In this document: in pieces, positions 38,026 to 51,626 of the stretch | How positions within the stretch are numbered: the stretch's first letter is position 1 | How the letters are laid out: every line of letters begins with the position of its first letter | NCBI GenBank assembly: GCA_038087875.1 | Contig: CM075993.1 | Coordinates: 5,272,001 to 5,336,000, forward strand | Source of the DNA: Malacoraja senta | Taxonomy: Eukaryota | Reading direction: 5' to 3' | DNA length: 64,000 nucleotides | Program-made: the position numbers and the translations under genes | The notes under the pieces: generated by a model | Database searches by the model: none | What the model was told of the DNA's origin: nothing | What the model saw: only the letters and a program-made list of their open reading frames with translations

Positions 38026-39524
38026 GTCTAAGCTAAACTAATCACCTGACATGGAGGGGTAAATTAATCTGGTTTAATACTAATAACGCCTACTCGACCA
38101 GACGTACGCATGCCTTGTTTGATCAGCAATTCTCACCGGTGGTCAGATACTACTCCAACTCTTTAGTTAAAAACCTAGAAAGCAGAACTTTTAATACTTT
38201 GCTTTAAAAAAAGATATATTTTCTTTAGATCAGAACTGCTGGAAATGCAAAGGAAATTGTGGGAATTTTATTTCATCCTTAGACGCCTCTGGGACAACTC
38301 AATGAGTCTAGTTTTGGCACAGGTCGGTCTCAGAACATGTGGCAGGTGCTACAATCTGCCGCGGGTGTGTGTGGCTCCCAGGTCATCCATTCATGGATGG
38401 ATATTCGCTGCCACAGAGGGCAGTGGAGGGATTTAAGAGAGAGTTAGATAGAGCTCTAGGGGCTAGTGGAGTCAAGGGATATGGGGAGAAGGCAGGCACG
38501 GGTTACTGATTGGGGACGATCAGCCATGATCACAATGAATGGCTCGAAGGGCCGAATGGTCTCCTCCTGCACCTATTTTCTATGTTTCTATGATATGGAC
38601 CAAGCGCAGGCAGGTGGGACTAGTGTAGCTGGGGCAGGTTGGCCGGTTTGGGCAAGTTGGGCCGAAGGGCCTGTTTCCCCGCTGTACCATTCTACGACCT
38701 CTGACCCACCCAGCATGCCTTGGACTGTTCCGTCACAACTCTGCTCGTCCCACAAGATTTAGTTTGAACCCGAACAAGAGACAGCATCAGTCTAGTTTAG
38801 AGATACGTCCCACCGAATCCCACGCCGACCAGCGATCCCCGCACACTGTGGACATTTTACAATCTTTACCGGGCCAATCGATCGACAAACCTGCGCGTCT
38901 TCCGAGTGTGGGCGGAAACTGGAGCACCCGGAGAAAACCCACGAGGTCACGGGGAGGAACGTACAAACTCCGTGGTCGGAATTGAACCCGGGTCTCTGGC
39001 GCTGTGAGGCAGGTTTGTATTGATTGTAAAGACAGGAAGATTTTTGTAACAGTGCAACAGGGATGACTTCAGCTGCAGAGTCTGAGGGAAAACTGTGATG
39101 AGGCTCGTGGTATGGAAGCACAACACTGCGGTTATGTCCCTGGATGACGATTCCAGATCCCTGCCCTAATGAGCCATGGGCGCGAGCTCAAAACTAACCA
39201 CAGCAACTTGGGAATTCCAACTGTCAACAAAATTAATCTGTATTTTTAAAAAGAATATCAGTTGTGAAGATCGCATAATGGTCGACTTGGAATTAACACG
39301 CGCTAGACTCTGGAAATCCTTACTTACCGAGTCTGCCCTCCATGTAATTCCTGACCCATAGCCCTCCGTGTGGTATCCTGGGAGAGCCTTGCAGCTGGGC
39401 CGCGCGAGGTGGAGAGGTACCCTGAACCCACGTCTTCAAGGCCGGTTCTCTGGATACTTTCATGAGAGAGCTAGATAGGGCTCTTAAAGAGAGCGGAGTC
39501 AGGGGATATGGGGAGAAGGCAGGA

Positions 39525-39795
39525 AACATAGAAACATAGAAAATAGGTGCAGGAGGAGGCCATTCGGCCCTTCGAGCCTGCACCGCCATTCAATATGATC
39601 ATGGCTGATCATCCAACTCAGTATCCCGTACCTGCCTTCTCTCCATAACCCCCTGATCCCTTTAGCCACAAGGGCCACATCTAACTCCCTCTTAAATATA
39701 GCCAATGAACTGGCCTCAACTACCTTCTGTGGCAGAGAGTTCCAGAGATTCACCACTCTCTGTGTGAAAAATGTTTTTCTCATCTCCGTCCTAAA
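39525..39795 (-). mobile_element. CR1 3' end between + strand CR1 tail pieces
   Basis: RKTFFTQRVVNLWNSLPQKVVEA. Confidence 0.9.
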
Positions 39796-40941
39796 ACGGG
39801 ATGATCAGCCATGATCACATTGAATGGCGGTGCTGGCTCGAAGGGCCGAATGGCCTACTCCTGCACCTATTGTCTATTGTCTAAAGGGCCTGTTTCCGCG
39901 TTGTATCTCTGAAGTTCGGCAACTTGGTCAGCATGGATTAGTTGGGCCGAAGGGCCTGTTTCTATGCTGTGGCTTTAAATCCAAAGTTGGTTGTTGGCTT
40001 GAAACTAAAGTTTGAGATGTTCATATTTCAAAGCCCTTTGACTAAAATGAACAGCAGCTCTCCAGAAGTAAATGGTTCGAGCGCATTGGATCTGCACACA
40101 CTGTTCCAATGACTTAGATGAGATACAGTAGCTTTCACGTTTAACAAGCTATTCGGAAAAAAAATCATCGAGCGTCTTAAACATGTCTCGGCGACCATCA
40201 AAACGTACCACAGAAAAGCTAAATCACATCTCAAGCTGGAGACTGGAGACGAATTCCTAATGAACTGAATCAAAGCATCCGCAAGTTTAAGCAATGGAAG
40301 ATGTGCGTTTGAAGAAGGGTCTCGACCCAAAACGTCAGCCATTCATTCCTTCTCTATCGGGATGGGAAAGGGGGGGGCTGTCCAGCGTTTGGGTCTATCT
40401 TCAATGCAAACCAGCATCTGCAGTAGCTTTCTTTGAGCGATGGAAGATGTGTATGGGTGAGGTACAGAACATACTCTGGGTTAACGGAGCCCTCTGATGT
40501 AGGCTCAGGGCTTCATTCCAACGCACCAGCCCGTAGTCTAAACACTCGAGTGCAGTATCGAACATGCCGTCCGTTGGATCAGGCAGTGGAGCCAGGCGGG
40601 CGGTGTCTGCTGCTCGGTGACTCAGGTGGAGGCCTGGATGTCTGAGAAGCGGAGGAAGTTGGCACCGTGTCCTTTGGCCAGGCCCACTGCCCTCGCCCGA
40701 GAACAGCGCAAACCAACACAGACCACGCGGCCATGTATATCACTGCCGACTGCTCAGCGCAATCATCTCCACGCCCCCCCCCCCCCCCCCCAGCGGGTAG
40801 AGACGCTGCCTCACAGCGCTGGAGACCCGGCTTCAAATCCCACCTCAGGCACTGTCTGTGTGGAGTTTGCATGTTGTGCATGGGTTTCCTCCCACATCCC
40901 AGGTGACTGTGAAGAAGGGGAGACTCAAAATGCTGGAGTCA

Positions 40942-41132
40942 AGGGCCTGTCCCACCTGGGCGTCATTTGCGCGTCACGCAGATGGCGCGCGAAGAATTTG
41001 TACATCCGAAAATCCTGGGGCGCCGCGCGTCACCACTGCCTACGTCACCGCGCACCATGCGCTCGTCGTGCGTGGTGACAAGCAAATGATGCCGCGTAAA
41101 TGAGGTGCAAATGACGCCCAAGTGGGACAGGG
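40942..41132. mobile_element. Harbinger-like MITE (short subfamily)
   Basis: Shared TIR; homologous to 41805-42000. Confidence 0.75.
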
Positions 41133-41135
41133 GAT

Positions 41136-41405
41136 CAATAGACAATAGACAATAGGTGCAGGAGTAGAGGCCATTCGGCCCCTCGAGCCAGCACCGCCAT
41201 TCAATGTGATCATGGCTGATCATCCCCAATCAGTACCCCGTTCCTGCCTTCTCCCCATATCCCCGGACTCCGCTATCTTTAAGAGCCCTATCTAGCTCTC
41301 TCTTGAAAACATCCAGAGAACCTGCCTCCACCGCCCTCTGAGGCAGAGAATTCCACAGACTCACCACTCTCTGTGAGAAAAAGTGTTTCCTCGTCTCCGT
41401 TCTAA
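41136..41405 (-). mobile_element. CR1 3' end
   Basis: Near-identical to 20331-20600. Confidence 0.9.
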
Positions 41406-41804
41406 AGACGGAGATCGCTGGTCGGTGCGGGCGGACTCGGCGAGGGCCGAGGAGCCTGTTTTCGCGCTGTTTCTCTAAACTAAACTAAATTACAAATAGC
41501 TCATTCTTCTTCTTCTGCTGGCATTGAGGGTGATAGCCAGGGAGGAGAGGTCTGACTTGGAGAGTCGCAAAGGGGTCTGTAATATTGGCGGTGGATTCGT
41601 GTCTTATTGGGAGGGGGTTACCTTCGGTGGATGGGGCTTGTCCCTTGCTACTGCACGGGGATATGTGCAGGATATCCTGACCTCGGGTACTGTCTGCGTG
41701 GAGTTTGCACGTTCTCCCCGTGTTTAGATTCAGTTAAGTCACAGCGCGGAAACAAACCCTTCGGCCCAGTGAGTCCGCGCCGACCAGCAATCCCCGCACA
41801 CTAA

Positions 41805-42000
41805 AGGGCCTGTCCCACTTGGGACTTATTTGCGCCTCACGGACGTGGCGCGCGAATGTTTTGTGAATCCCAAAATCCTGGGGCTCCGCGCGCGTCACTG
41901 CCCTCCGTCACCGCACACCATGCGCGCGTAATGCACGCCATGCCCGCATCACGACGCGCAAATGATGTCGCGTAAATGACGCCCAAGTGGGACAGGCCCT
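41805..42000. mobile_element. Harbinger-like MITE inserted in a minus-strand V-SINE (~41722-42230)
   Basis: TIRs; TAA / GAA flanks; SINE sequence resumes on both sides. Confidence 0.85.
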
Positions 42001-42750
42001 GAACACTATCCTACACACCCTTGGGACAATTTATAATTTTAACAAAAGCCAAATAACCTACAAACCTGAAGGTCTTTGGAGTGTGGAAGGAAACCGGAGC
42101 ACCAGGAGAAAACCCACACCATCACGAAAGGAACGTACAGACTCTGTGCAGACAGCAGCCACAGTCAGGATCAAACCCGGGTCTCTGGCGCCGTGAGACA
42201 GCAACTCTACCGCTGCGCCTCCGTGCTGCCCAAAATTGTGGGATCTTGCTGTGTACAGAGTGGGAGCAGCGTCTCCTGTGTCACCCTCTGACCTTATGAC
42301 CGTGTGGGTTCCTCCGGGTGCTCCGGCTTCCTCCCAGAAAGTGGGATAGCGTGGAACTAGTGCGAATGAGTGATCGGTGGTCGGTGTGGAGTCAGTGGGC
42401 CGAAGGGCCTGTTCCACGCTGTATGTCTAGACTAAAGGGCTGTGTTTGTAGACGAGGGTCTCCGGCGCACAGCTGACCAGCGCCACACTCAGCCTCGGTG
42501 TTCGGACCAGGGGGCAAGTGGACGCCAATGAACAAAATGCTGGAGTGACTCAGCGGGACAGGCAGCATCTCTGGAGAGAAGGAATGGGTGACGTTTCGGG
42601 TCGAGACCGTTCAGTCTGAAGATGGGGCTCGACCAATAGGGTCACGACCTATTCCTTCCCTCCGGGGATGCTGCCTGACCCGCTGAGTTACTCCAGCATT
42701 TTGTGTCTATCTTCGGTGGTGACCAGCATCTGCCGATCCTTCCCACACAA

Positions 42751-43275
42751 TAGGGTCGCCAACGTTCCCACCCCCAAATACGGGACAAAAGGTCAAAATA
42801 CGGGACAAATTCCCGACGGCAATTCGTTGACCGACTGGGCCGTGGCTGGGTGGGTGAACGATGAGTTGGCCCCGGGTGCTGGACTGCACACAAAACCCAG
42901 CCGGCGGGCCAGCTGAGGAATTTTGGCCCGGGCGACATCGCGCGCAAAGTCCAGCGCCCCGCCCAACTCGTGAACCGATGATCGTCCGTGAGAAGGAGGG
43001 GTGGTGGTGGTGTCGGGGGTAAGCGAAGGTCCGAAGGTCGGGACAGCTGGCCGGGCTGCCGACCAACCGACGGGGCCACGGGCGAGGAGCTGCTGCTGCA
43101 CTCCATGGGCTGCACTACGTCGGGGACGGGTGAGGCGGGGGCCGGACGCGGCACTCCGACCCGACAGCCCCCTCGACCCGAGTAGCAGCAGTCAAATACG
43201 GGACAAGGGCGGTCCCGTACGGGACAAACCAATATACGGGATGTCCCGGCTAATACGGGACAGTTGACGACCCTA
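42751..43275. mobile_element. hAT (Blackjack-like) non-autonomous element
   Basis: TAGGGTCGCCAAC / GTTGACGACCCTA TIRs; subterminal TACGGGAC repeats; truncated second copy at 52267-52562. Confidence 0.75.
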
Positions 43276-43872
43276 GTGCACAACGGACGGAACGCATGCT
43301 GCAGAAGGGAACGATACTGGGGGTGAAATGTCCACAGCTCTGTGGCGGGTGGAAGCAGCTTAAAAACAAGTTGGAGAGGGCTGCGATCTTCTAATCGCTT
43401 GCATCTTATCCTGGTGACATCACATCTTGAAGTGAACCTTCTTAATGGGTTGTAAAACTGGCCGGGACTGGTCTAGCGCTACCACTTGGGTAAACAAAGA
43501 ACAGCCTTCTCAGGAGGAAGTAAAAGGGCCTACACCAGGCATTCACTTCCATAAATAATTGAAATAGGATGCGGTCGCTTTCCCCAAACAAACAATGGCA
43601 CGATTGTCAAATGTTTTTTGCCACGAACACAAAGGCCTGCATTGAGGGCGGCCAGAGCGATGCCCCATAAGAGGCCCAGTGGCGGGGCGCTCGCCTCCCC
43701 TCCCCTCCCCCTCCTCCTCCTTGACTTGCGAGAGTTTTAATTTGGACAAGGGAAGCGTGGCGTTCGCAGTTTAACATGCACCTTTTGTTTCTGTCTGCTG
43801 GTCAACTGGGTTCCAGACCTCCCACCTCCTCCGTGCCCACCCACCCGCCCGACCGGGGAGGGGTGTGGGGGT

Positions 43873-44385
43873 CTTGCCATAGAGGGAGTACAGAGAAGGT
43901 TCACCAGACTGATTCCTGGGATGGCAGGACTTTCATATGAAGAAAGACTGGATAGACTCGGCTTGTACTCGCTGGAATTTAGAAGATTGAGAGGGGATCT
44001 TATAGAAACGTACAAAATTCTTAAGGGGTTGGACAGGCTGGATGCAGGAAGATTGTTCCCGATGTTGGGGAAGTCCAGAACAAGGGGTCACAGTTTGAGA
44101 ATAAGGGGGAAATCTTTCAGGACCAAGATGAGATTTTTTTTTTTCACGCAGAGAGTGGTGAATCTGTGGAACTCTCTGCCACAGAAGGTAGTTGAGGCCA
44201 GTTCATTGGCTATATTTAAGAGGGAGTTAGATGTGGCCCTTGTGGCTAAAGGGATCAGGGGGTATGGAGAGAAGGCAGGTACGGGATACTGAGTTGGATG
44301 ATCAGCCATGATCATATTGAATGGCGGTGCAGGCTCGAAGGGCCGAATGGCCTACTCCTGCACCTATTTTCTATGTTTCTATGTC
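43873..44385 (+). mobile_element. CR1 LINE 3' end
   Basis: ORF 43921-44292 resembles the CR1 C-terminus; CR1 tail. Confidence 0.95.
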
Positions 44386-44816
44386 TTGGTGGCACTTCTC
44401 GGCTCTACCCCCCCTCCCCCCACCTCCACTTCTCCCTTCCCCTCCCCTCCCGCCCGCTCAATCCTCCCCGCGGGCAGGGAAAAGGCCGTGTCTGCTTGTG
44501 GACGTTACCTGGTCAGGAGGCCCTGTTGCTGGCCAACAGACTGTGGGGGTCTCGCGTCCTCAGGATGTCCCGAAACACCTTTACAACCGTCGGGGGTACT
44601 TTCTCAATATGTCGCTAATGGCGTGACGCAGGGCGGCAGCATCTGAGGCGCTCCCTTGGGATCCTGGATGACTCCGGGCCTACGTCACCTGAGGAGGCTG
44701 AGCAGGCCGGTGCAGTAACTGTAGGCTCTTCCACACGTGGTGGTGGGGTGCCCCTCGTGTGCCTTCAAGCTTCTCAAAAGAGTAACCCCAGATTAACTCA
44801 GCAGGTCAGACGCAAG

Positions 44817-45617
44817 CACCTTCTTCCCGATGGCAGGGGTGAGATGAGTGTGTGGCCAGGATGGTGTGGGTCTCTGATGATGCCGGCTGCCTGTTTGAGG
44901 CAGCGACTGTGATAGATCCCTTCGATGGTGGGGAGGTCAGAGCCGGTGATGGACTGGGCAGTGGTCACAACTTTCTGCATTATTTTCCACTCCCGGACGT
45001 TCAAGTTGCCGAACCAAGCCACGAAGCAACCGGTCAGCATGCTCTCTACTGTGCACCTGTACAAGTTCGACAGAGTCCTCCTTGACAAACCGACTCTCCA
45101 TAATCTTCTCAGGAAGTAGAGGCACTGATGTGCTTTCTTTATGATTGCATCAGTGTTCTGGGACCAGGAAAGATCGTCGGAAATATGCACGCCCAGGAAT
45201 TTGAAGTTCTTGACCCTTTCCACCATCGACCCGTTGATATAAACGGGACTGTGGGTCCCCATCCTACTCCTTCCGAAGTCCACAATCAGTTCCTTGGTTT
45301 TGCTGGTGTTGAGAGCCAGGTTATTGTGCTGGCACCATTTGGTCAGTCGGTCAATCTCACTTCTATACTCTGACTCGTCCCCATCAGTGATACGTCCCAC
45401 AACAGTGGTGTCGTCGGCGAACTTGATGATGGAGTTCGCACTATGTCCGGCTACGCAGTCATGAGTATAGAGTGAGTACAGCAGGGGGCTGAGCACGCAG
45501 CCTTGAGGTGCTCCCGTGCTGATTGTCATCGAGGATGACACATTTCCACCAATACGGACAGACTGTGGTCTGTGAATGAGGAAGTCGAGGATCCAATTGC
45601 AGAGGGATGCGCAGAGA
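44817..45617 (-). mobile_element. Rex1/Babar-clade LINE reverse transcriptase fragment (open frame)
   Basis: [68 protein letters not shown]. Confidence 0.9.
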
Positions 45618-45699
45618 TATCGCAGGATAACGTGCAACTCCCGCCATCGCCCGCAACACTCTGCAGCCCCTTCCACGGTGGGATGAAGGGCCTGATCAT

Positions 45700-46037
45700 G
45701 TCCCCTACAACTCTCACCAACTTCTACAGATGCGCTGCGGAAAGCATTTAATCGGGATGCGTCAATGCACGGTTTGGGAACGACTCCATCCAAGGCCGGA
45801 AACAAACCGCAGCGAATTGTGGACGCAGCCCAGACCGTCACACACAAACCATCCTCCCTTCTATATGGCTCCACTTATACCTCACGCTGCCCCGGCAAGG
45901 CCAGCAGCAGAATCAAGGACCAGTCGCGCCCTGGCCACTCCCTCTCCTCCCCTCTACGATCGTGCTAACGGTACAGAAGTTTGAAAACGCACGCCTCCAG
46001 ATTCAGGGACAGTTTATTCCCAGCTGTTATCAGGCAA
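45700..46037 (+). mobile_element. Rex1/Babar C-terminal fragment, decayed
   Basis: [12 protein letters not shown].., SRCPGKASSRIKDQSRPGHSL, RFRDS motifs across frameshifts. Confidence 0.7.
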
Positions 46038-46577
46038 CCAGAGGGCATAGCCTTAGAATTAAAGGGCGCTCTTTTAGAAAGGAGGTGAGGAGGAACTTCT
46101 TTCGTCAGAGGGTGGTGAATCTGTGGAACTCATTGCCACAGACAGAGGGCTGTGGAGGACAAGTCAGTCGATATTTTTAAGGCAGAGGCAGACAAATTCT
46201 TGATTAAAACGGGTGTCAAGGGTTATGGGGAGAAGGCAGGAGAATGGATCTAGGTTAGGTCAGCAATGATAGAATGGCGGAGTAGACTTGATGGGGCCGA
46301 ATGGCCTAATTCTTCTCCTATAACTGCTTGGAGCTGCCTGTAATACAAGTCTTCTGCTTCCCATCTGCTCCGTGAGAGTGTGGGAGGTGAAGCCTTGAAG
46401 AGTGGGCTGAACCAAATCCTGCCGGCTTCCATTCCGCAACAGATTGTGAAGAGGGGGCGGGGGAGTTCTCTCGGTTTCCCCATCCAACACCCCTCCCCCA
46501 GCCACCCGGCAAAGAGCAAATGGGTTGGTGGCTGAGACCTTATTACCAGTGTTGAACTGGAGGAGGGAGAAGGGTCT

Positions 46578-46880
46578 CAGGGGCCACTGTCTTAGAATAA
46601 AGGGGAGGTCATTTAAGACTGAGGTGAGAAAAAACGTTTTCACCCAGAGAGTTGTGAATTTGCGGAATTCCCTGCCACAGAGGGCAGTGGAGGCCAAATC
46701 ACTGGATGGATTTAAGAGAGAGTTAGATAGAGCTCTAGGGGCTGGTGGAGTCAAGGGGTATGGGGAGAAGGCAGGCACGGGTTATTGATTGGGGACGATC
46801 AGCCATGATCACAATGAATGGCGGTGATGGCTCGAAGGGCCGAATGGCCTCATCCTGCACCGATTTTCTATGTTTCTACG
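46578..46880 (+). mobile_element. CR1 3' end (another at ~46037-46325)
   Basis: RGHCLRIKGRSFKTEVRKNVFTQRVVN. Confidence 0.9.
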
Positions 46881-47327
46881 TTTCTACGACCCCGAAACGT
46901 CACCCATTCCTTCTCTCCGGAGATGCTGAGTTACTCCAGCATTTTGTGTCCGCCCTCCCCTCATTACCATCTGTGGGAGGGTGTTGTGTGTGTGTGTGTG
47001 GGAAGGCCGTCTACCCACTGGCTGCTCAAAGACACAACACCGCGTCTGATTTCAGGGGAAGTCATAAAGATAAAATATATTTACTCCTCCGTGTTGCCGA
47101 CGTCCGACGCAGCGAGCACTGACCTCCGGGTGAAGAGTCACAAGAGAAAATGCCAGCACAGAAAAAATGGCCGACCATTCGGCCACAGAGCACGCCTCCT
47201 GGACTCTTCCATTCAAAGGAGAAGGACGTGGTCTCCCCTGGTCGTGCCCAGTGTTACACTTACACTTGTTTAACTTACACTTAAGCAGGTATCATGGGCT
47301 ATGGGGACAAGGCAGGGGAAAGGGGTT

Positions 47328-47995
47328 ACATAGATACATAGAAAATAGGTGCAGGAGTAGGCCATTCGGCCCTTCGAGCCTGCACCGCCATTCAATATGA
47401 CCATGGCTGATCATCCATCTCAGTATCCCATCCCTGCCTTCTCTCCATACCCCCTGATCCCTTTAGCCACACGGGCCACATCTAACTCCCTCTTAAATAT
47501 AGCCAATGAACTGCCCTCAACTACCCTCTGTGGCAGAGAATTCCAGAGATTCACCACTCTCTGTGTGAAAACGTTTTTCCTCATCTCGGTCTTAAAGGAT
47601 TTCCCCCTTACCCTTAAGCTGTGACCCCTTGTCCTGGACTTCCCCAACATCGGGAACAATCTTCCTGCATCTAGCCTGTCCAACCCCATAAGAATTTTGT
47701 ACGTTTCTATAAGATCCCCTCTCAATCTCCTAAATTCTAGCGAGTATAAGCCAAGTCTATCCAGTCTTTCTCCATATGAAAGTCCTGACATCCCAGGAAT
47801 CAGTCTGGTGAACCTTCTCTGCACTCCCTCTATGGCTATAATGTCCTTCCTCAGATTTGGAGACCAAAACTGTACGCAATACTCCAGGTGTGGTCTCACC
47901 AAGACCCTGTACAACTGCAGTAGAACCTCCCTGCTCCTATACTCAAATCCTTTTGCTATGAAAGCTAACATACCATTCGCTTTCTTCACTGCCTG
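47328..47995 (-). mobile_element. CR1 LINE 3' end
   Basis: KKANGMLAFIAKGFEYRSREVLLQLYRVLVRPHLEYCVQFWSP... (189 aa). Confidence 0.95.
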
Positions 47996-48076
47996 AGAGA
48001 GAGAGATACGTCAGCCACGGTTTGAATGGTTTGACGGGCCGAATGGCCTGATTCTGTTCCCATCGCTTATGACCTC

Positions 48077-48360
48077 ACGGCACGGTGGCGCAGCGGTAGA
48101 GTCGCTGCCCCCCGGGGTTCGATCCTGACCGCGGATGCTGTCCGTACGGAGTTCGCACGTTCTCCCCGTGACCCACGTGGGTTTTCTCCGGGTGCTTCAG
48201 ATTCCTCCCACACATCCCCCACACGGACGTAGCGGTTTGTTGGTTAATTGTCCCTCCGGTAAAGTTGAAAATTGTCCCTGGTGTGTAGGGTGGTGCTAGT
48301 GCGCGGATTCGGTGGGACGAAGGGCCTGTTTCCGCGCGGTGTCTTTAAAGTCTTTAGAGA
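48077..48360 (+). mobile_element. V-SINE
   Basis: A/B boxes, V-domain, tail. Confidence 0.85.
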
Positions 48361-49706
48361 CTAAAAGCCCATTCCTAGGGGGGGCTGGGGGAGGGGGGAG
48401 GGGGGTGGATGCCCATTCTCAGGCAAGACTTCCAGAAATCCCAAACCATGTTGTTCAGTGGCATCAGAAATAGTCCACATCTCCTCACAACAATCCACGC
48501 ACACCTCAACTACACAAACTCCTGGCTTGGTGCGGTATCTTCAACGTGGTGCTTTGGGTGGACTTCAAACTACTGCATGGTTACATGCGGCTGGCTCCAC
48601 GACACAGCTTCAGGAGGACCAGCATGCAGACGTTTACAGCTCTCAAGGTGCGGCCGGCCACAGCTTGATAAGGTGGACAAGACAGCCTTTGGCTTTCATC
48701 GTTTCTTCTGAAGACAGGTCCTGCACATTTCCCCCTTCACATTTTCCCCTCAGACTCCACCCTCACCTCCACTGCCCCCCGACGTCCCCCTGCATCCTGG
48801 CCCTTCAGCTTGCATCAACAGCAGCATCAGCGGGCGTTTCCTGTTGTGAAAACGTTGCCTCGCTGATCGCTCTCCAAGCCAAAGGCCCATGTGTTGCCAT
48901 TGACGTCTCTCCAATCTTGATGTAGATAAACACGTTAAGCCCTCACTTTGTAGTTTTTGTCTTCTATGGAGCCCTTTGTGTTGTGGCCAGCGCAGGGGTT
49001 CGGAACTGAATTGAAAATCCAGGGCTGTAAATGTTTACACCGACGCTTAGATTATTACCAGCGCCAGTTTATTGGCTAACTTGGGTTTTAATGGATAGCT
49101 GCCCTAACTATTTTTAACTATTTCGCTCCTCAAATATGGCTCACCTGAAACAATGGTCTGAGAAGAAAGATTGGGATGAAAGGACGTCCATTTGCAATGC
49201 AGACACAAAATGCTGGAGTAACTCAGCGGGTCAGGCAGCATCTCTGGAGGAAAGGAATAGGTGACGTATTGGGTCGACCCGAAATGTTGCCTTCTTACTC
49301 CAGAGATTCGCCTGACCTGCTGAGTTACTCCAGCATTTTGTGTCTATCTTCGTTCCCTCACCCCCTCCCCAGTCTTCTCCCACCCCCCCCTGGTCTCCCA
49401 CTGAAAAAAGACAAAAGATCAGACCCAAACTATGCTCACTGAATCCACAGCGATTCGTTCGATTTTTATTTCGACCTTTGATTCCTTGCGTTTTACGGAA
49501 TACCGAACTCGCTTATTCTCTGGATACTTTCAAGAGAGAGTTAGATAGAACTCTTAAAGATAGCGGAGTCAGGGGATCTGGGGAGAAGGCAGGAACGGGG
49601 TACTGATTGGGGATGATCAGCCATGATCACATTGAATGGCGGTGCTGGCTAGAAGGGCCGAATGGCCTACTCCTGCACTTATTGTCTATTGTCTATTGTA
49701 CACTTA

Positions 49707-50022
49707 AGGGCCTGTCCCACTCTACGAGCTAATTCAAGAGTTCTCCCGAGTTTCCCCCGATTCGAACTCGGAGAATTACGGTAATAGCCGCTCGTAGGTA
49801 CTCGGGGCTCTCGTGGACATTTTTCAACATGTTGAAAAATCTTCACGAGTCTTCACCAGCTTACCGCGTTTCCCGAGCACCTGCCGTTAGTGTTACGAGC
49901 CGCTAAGAGACGTCCCCGAGCTCCGACGTACCCGCTACGTTCATTCTCCGTGCTTACCACGAGTTTGGTTTTTTTAAAACTCGGGAGAGCTCTTCAATTA
50001 CCTCGTACAGTGGGACAGGGCT
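49707..50022. mobile_element. Harbinger-like MITE
   Basis: TTA-AGGGCCTGTCCCAC ... GTGGGACAGGGCT. Confidence 0.8.
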
Positions 50023-51309
50023 ATTACCCATTTCTCTCACCCAGAGATGCTGCTTGTCCCGCTGAGTTACTCCAGCACTTTGTGTCTATCTTCGGTGTAA
50101 ACCAGCATCTGCAGTTCCTTCCTACGCAGAAGTATCTCTGGCCGTGACCTCCAATCACTCACCACTCTCGGGGTGAAAACATTCCCTTTCAAGTTCCCTC
50201 TACCCCCTCGACCCCTTACCCTAAATCCGTGACCTCTGATCCTATCTCTGCGGAATGATTATGTGTGGAGTATGCCAGCCACCGTTCACACAGAGGGCGG
50301 TGGGTGTATGGACCAAGCTGCCAGAGGAGGTGGTCAAAAGTGCTGGAGAAACTCAGCGGGTGCAGCGGCATCTATGGAGCGAAGGAAATAGGCAACGTTT
50401 CAGGCCGAAACCCTTCTTCAAACCTTCTTCAGAGGTAGTTGGGTAGTTGAGGCTGGGACTATCCCAACATTTAAGAAACAGTTGGACAGGTACATGGATC
50501 AGGACAGGTTTGGAGGGATATGGACCAAACGCGGGCAGGTGGGACTAGTGTAGCTGGGACATGTTGGTCGGTGTGGGCAAGTTGGGCCGAAGGGCCTGTT
50601 TCCTCGCTAACTGGAAATGCAGATGCCTGTGTAAGCTCACAAGGGGACTGGGGTGGGGGAGGCTTGGCAAAGGCAAAGCTGTGGGTTACAGGGGTGGGGG
50701 TGAGGGTGGGGGGGGACACGGAATGTGACGGAGGAGGGAGGGTGGGAGCTGGGCACGGCTGGGCGGAGAGTGCCCGTCGATAGTCAATGGATTCCACAGT
50801 GCAGACAGGGAGCAAGACAAAAGGGCAGCATTGAGTGGCTTATTAATGGGGAAAGATGCGTGCATGCCAAGTCCTGTGTGGTATGCTGCGGAGGAATTCC
50901 AACTATTTGTCGTACGCCTGAGTTGATTCTCCTCCTTCCTCTGTCACCGCCCCCCCTCCCCTCCGGCCCCCACCCAGTGGTGAGATAGCAACCAACACCA
51001 TCTTCACCGGGAAACCCATCTCAGTCTTACACACATCCCCACCGCCTGCAGGTCAAACGACACGCCCCGGCTCCCAGCCCGCTCCTTCTCCCGTCCGCGC
51101 ACCCCCCCCACATGCCCGACGTTTAGACAGGCGCATCCCGCAACTCAGGAAGGGGCAGCTGGGCGCATGCGACCCCGATTCGCTCCTGACTGTACGGAGT
51201 TTGCACGTTCTGCCCCCGTGACCTGCGTGGGATTTTCTCCGGGAGTCGCTCCGGTTTTTCATCCCACATCCCAAAGACCCGTGGGTTAGTCGGTTAATTC
51301 CCTTTAGTG

Positions 51310-51626
51310 TTTAGTTTAGTTTAGAGATACAGCACGGAAACAGGCCCTTCGGCCCCACCGGGTCCGTGCCGACTGCCGATCCCCGCACACTAACGCCATC
51401 CTACACCCACTAGGGACAATTTGTACACTTACACCGAGCCAATTCACCTACAAACCTGCACGTCTTTGTGGAGTGTGGGAGGGAACTGAAGATCACGGAG
51501 AAAACCCACGCAGGTCACGGGGAGAACGTGCAAACTCCGTAGAGACAGCACCCGTGGTCGGGATTGAACCGGGGTCTTGAACCGGCTGTAAGGCAGCAAC
51601 TCTACCGCTGCGCCACCGTGCCGCCC
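51310..51626 (-). mobile_element. Full-length V-SINE
   Basis: Head, V-domain and tail on minus strand. Confidence 0.85.

Noticed and set aside
39345..39440. GC-rich segment with GGGUU/GGCCC pairing as another HDV-like ribozyme
   Set aside because: No P3 helix can be formed in the required position.
41503..41660. Another (AAG)n-tailed segment on the minus strand as a third ribozyme-element copy
   Set aside because: No homology to the 177-nt element, no HDV fold and no TSD visible.
44798..45874. 358-aa ORF as a host gene
   Set aside because: A truncated Rex1/Babar RT fused in frame to the antisense of another repeat; no endonuclease domain or genuine start.
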